NCBI GenBank assembly: GCA_965217865.1
Contig: CBDCJO010000001.1
Span: forward strand, 288,001 to 352,000
Direction of reading: 5' to 3'
Origin: Candidatus Latescibacterota bacterium
GTDB lineage: Bacteria > Latescibacterota > UBA2968 > SICM01
Length of the DNA stretch: 64,000 nucleotides
Shown: piece after piece, positions 61,013 through 64,000 of the stretch
Numbering within the stretch: the stretch's first letter is position 1
How the letters are laid out: the number at the start of each line of letters is the position of its first letter
Position numbers and translations under genes: made by a program
The notes under the pieces: model-generated
What the model was told of the DNA's origin: nothing
The model's input: the letters and a program-made list of their open reading frames with translations, nothing else
Databases searched by the model: none

Positions 61013-62707
61013 TTAGTTTGCTAGTGCCACGAAGATCAACCCTGCCCCCGCGGGGATGATCACATACTTGACGAGCCGCCTCTTGAAAACCCTAACCAAC
61101 CAGGGTTTTTTCCGGAACCTCCCATCGCCTTCCTTGAAGGTGCTGCTCTCAATCCCAAGCTCTGCCTTGATCGACAGGACGCCGGGTGTGACAGGCTGAG
61201 GATAACCGTCGAGAAAAAAGACGATGCGCTGCTTATAGTCATTGTAATCGTCCGTCTGAACCTTGAGATCGTACTCTCTTTCGAAAGTCAGCCATCCTGG
61301 ATCGATGATCGGTCCGGCACGCCCGGATCGGCCGACCGCCCGAAGCGTCACCTCACCGGCGGGGGCGGATGGAAGCCATATGTTGACCCTGGCCCCGATC
61401 TCGATCGTCGTCACCTCTTCAACCCGAAACTCGACCTGAGCCACCAGGCCTTTTGGATCGTTCAGCGTGTAATGTCCTTTCGGCAGGTACACGGAAAAGT
61501 GGGTTGCCCCCCTTTGAATGCTGTCCCGGAGCGCATGTTCAGCAAGGACGATCAGGTTACCGTACATATCCATATCGAAGGGGGACGCCGGCAGGGGGTC
61601 TCTCGGTTTTCGAGTCGGTAAAACGGGACTGAATTGCAGGGGTGTGGCCTGCAGGCCTGGGTGCGTGATCCACAGGGGGGAGACCCGGACATCGACCCGC
61701 TCGATTCTCGAGTGCCAGGTATTGACGAAATTCATCCAGGCCCCCAGCGAATCCCCGTAGACCAGATCGGGAAGCGGGTTTGGCTCCCTTCCCAACGATG
61801 GGGAAAGCCCTCTTGCCTTTTCGAAGTGTTCATGCGCCTCCGTGAAACGCCTGTATTTTCCAAGGATGATCCCCTTGTAGACATAGACGTGGGCGGTCGA
61901 TCGCAGGATGGAAGGCTCCCTCGTCCCGATCCTTTCCAAACTGCTTTCCAACACCTTCAGGTAGACATCCAAATCTTTTAACAGAACTTCCATCCGTTCG
62001 TCGAAAAGTCGAATCTCAGGCCCGCTCTCAACCGCGTAGTTACCGATTCCAAACGCCGATTTGAGGAGTTCCAGGCCGTATTTTCGGTACTGAGCGGACG
62101 TCTGACGCAGGTTGTCCTCGGCAAGGGCCTTGGATTTAATTTCCGGCACGATCCGGCGCGGCAATTTCACCGACAACCGTTTCCCTTCCTCCGGAACGAA
62201 GATGTCCATCTTCAAGGCTTCATAACCCTTCTTTGAGATTTCGACCTGATACTTCCCGACATATACATCGTTGGCGTAGAAAAGATCCTCCACCCCTCGT
62301 TTGAGGATGCCGGCATACAGGGTGTCCTGGTCCACAAAACGCGCTTTGATCTCTGCCACAAGTATTTCCCTTTGATCCGAGGTGATCACCAGGGGGGCGG
62401 TCCGGCGGCGAAGGCCAATCTCAATCGAACTCGATCTCAACGGACCTGTCAGGGTTGTGTCCCAGAGAACATAACCGGGCGAGTAAGCCTCGATCAGATA
62501 GGGACCTCCGTCAGCGAAGGATATTCTCAGAGGTGTATACCCTCTATCCACGGCGTTAATCGATATTCTCGCACCAATCGGTTCGGAAGTGATCTGCACC
62601 ATTCCGCTTCGGATCGGTTCGAGGTCTGCAAGGGCGATATGGCCCCAGAGGAACAGGACCGCAAACCCGTAAAAAAATGTCTTTGAAAGGCACCAGGTCG
62701 GTTTCAT
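61013..62707 (-). CDS. PEGA-domain/TPR protein
   Basis: ITSEPIGARISIN...GYTP; GKYQVEISKKGY; TPR-like segment; C-terminal TM. Confidence 0.75.
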   Translation of the reverse strand: MKPTWCLSKTFFYGFAVLFLWGHIALADLEPIRSGMVQITSEPIGARISINAVDRGYTPLRISFADGGPYLIEAYSPGYVLWDTTLTGPLRSSSIEIGLRRRTAPLVITSDQREILVAEIKARFVDQDTLYAGILKRGVEDLFYANDVYVGKYQVEISKKGYEALKMDIFVPEEGKRLSVKLPRRIVPEIKSKALAEDNLRQTSAQYRKYGLELLKSAFGIGNYAVESGPEIRLFDERMEVLLKDLDVYLKVLESSLERIGTREPSILRSTAHVYVYKGIILGKYRRFTEAHEHFEKARGLSPSLGREPNPLPDLVYGDSLGAWMNFVNTWHSRIERVDVRVSPLWITHPGLQATPLQFSPVLPTRKPRDPLPASPFDMDMYGNLIVLAEHALRDSIQRGATHFSVYLPKGHYTLNDPKGLVAQVEFRVEEVTTIEIGARVNIWLPSAPAGEVTLRAVGRSGRAGPIIDPGWLTFEREYDLKVQTDDYNDYKQRIVFFLDGYPQPVTPGVLSIKAELGIESSTFKEGDGRFRKKPWLVRVFKRRLVKYVIIPAGAGLIFVALAN

Positions 62708-62948
62708 CCGGATTTCCTCCACTCCCCGCGCATGATGCTGCTCGGAGCGGCGTAAGTTGGGTTTAAGCTTGAAGTTCCACTCATATATTAGACGGAAATA
62801 GAGGAGAAAATTAAAAATTCGATTCAGAAATCGCCGCGGTTTTTTACCCAAAAAAATAGCCCACCGAGAATTCGGGGACCATTCCGAACCTTATGCGCGA
62901 CGGGTCGGACATTTAAGCAGGCTGAGGATCCCAGGCTGTAAATAAGGA

Positions 62949-64000
62949 CTATTGTGGACTCGAAGAAGCCTCCGATTTGAAGGGAACCAGGGGTTCGTTC
63001 CCTTCGTGTTTTTTCATCAGGTCGAGGGCATAAGCGAACTCACCCTTTAACTCGGCAAGCCTGCGGAGTTCTTTCCAATATCGATCGGCATCGATCTGAT
63101 AAGCCTCTTGCACGGCGACATACGCCTTGTCGAGCGCGTCTTCGGCATCGGAATGGAGATAGGCTGTGGCCAGCGTCATCAGGGCTTCGCCCCGGTCATC
63201 CCAACCGAACGTGGTGACACGGTAAGCATAATCGATGGCCTCCACGACGGCCTTCTGATCGAGCCTGGCATTCGCAAGACTCAACGACAAACCGCCATAG
63301 GTGTTGCGCGTGCGCTGGTCCGAGGGATTTTTTTGATAAGCCTTCCTGGAGAATTTCACGGCCGTGGAAAGGTCGACAAGATAGGCCGCAAAAGCCATGT
63401 CCAGGTAGAGGGATGCCTGAGAAGTATCACCGCGGGTGTAAGACAGGGCCTTTTGAAAGGTCTCGATGGCCTCGTTGATCTCTTTTTCCGCGCTCTGTCT
63501 CAACCCCTGGATCCGATAGATCGCCGACCGCATGTTTTGACCCCCGTCGAAGTTGACGGCGGTGAATATCCGGCTGAACCATTCGGGATTCCTGCTCTTC
63601 TGGCCCATGTCACACGCAGCGACGATCTTAGGGATGTAGAGATCCGGTTCCATCCCTTCGAAATCCACCTCGGATCCCGTCTCTACCAGGTTCAGCCCGT
63701 TCTCGATGTACACGCTGAGGTAAGCCTGCAGGGTATCGGAAACACCGGGTTCCGCTGCTGAAGCGGAGGCATAGAGCCTTTCCTTTCGTTCCCGGGATAG
63801 AATGGCCTCCCAGATCTCGTCAAGCCCGGACGAGGCGGTTCCCCAGAGCTGCCTCAGGGAGCGGACTGCCGTTGCGACCTGTTGACGGCGGGTAAAATCG
63901 ATCTCATCCGATTCCCGTCCGAGCAGATAGTCCATCTCGGCCTTATAATTGATCATCAGAAAGTCTAGCTTTCTCTTCTGAAGGACCATAAGGGAATCCA
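62949..64000 (-). CDS. TPR protein, 5'-truncated by the window
   Basis: EAIETFQKAL, AVKFSRKAYQKNPSD helical repeats. Confidence 0.7.
   Translation of the reverse strand, partial: DSLMVLQKRKLDFLMINYKAEMDYLLGRESDEIDFTRRQQVATAVRSLRQLWGTASSGLDEIWEAILSRERKERLYASASAAEPGVSDTLQAYLSVYIENGLNLVETGSEVDFEGMEPDLYIPKIVAACDMGQKSRNPEWFSRIFTAVNFDGGQNMRSAIYRIQGLRQSAEKEINEAIETFQKALSYTRGDTSQASLYLDMAFAAYLVDLSTAVKFSRKAYQKNPSDQRTRNTYGGLSLSLANARLDQKAVVEAIDYAYRVTTFGWDDRGEALMTLATAYLHSDAEDALDKAYVAVQEAYQIDADRYWKELRRLAELKGEFAYALDLMKKHEGNEPLVPFKSEASSSPQ

Overview
Bacterial chromosomal window. The gene content (YetA/PcRGLX-like lyase, GHL10-like hydrolase, PorV-like and FlgD-CTD proteins, EF-hand/dockerin-like tags) suggests an FCB-group organism such as Latescibacterota; this is an inference. 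The centre is a ~39.9 kb genomic island (3410-43262) at the 3' end of tRNA-Ser(GCT), bounded by the 14-bp direct repeat CTCCCTCTCCGCCA, with an intact P4-family integrase at the right end. The island looks like a composite of at least three related phage-satellite (PICI-like) units: int - alpA - stand-alone zinc-finger - TOPRIM/helicase, with TerS-like genes and no capsid or tail genes. Several integrase relics are translationally coupled to members of an uncharacterised ~220-aa protein family. Cargo includes defence genes (AIPR, type I R-M with an embedded hicBA, GmrSD-like DUF262, a HEPN-like ORF), secreted HExxH/WD40/EF-hand proteins (one behind a candidate c-di-AMP riboswitch), a pentapeptide-repeat protein, and IS256, IS200 and ColE1-mob remnants. 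The right flank is host-like: oxidoreductases, gltX, tRNA-Gln, a metE-like pseudogene, IS200, coiled-coil, TPR, PEGA and PorV-like genes. Its intergenic DNA is rich in repeats, including a set of covarying 24-bp palindromes. All family assignments come from motif recognition by eye; no searches were run.
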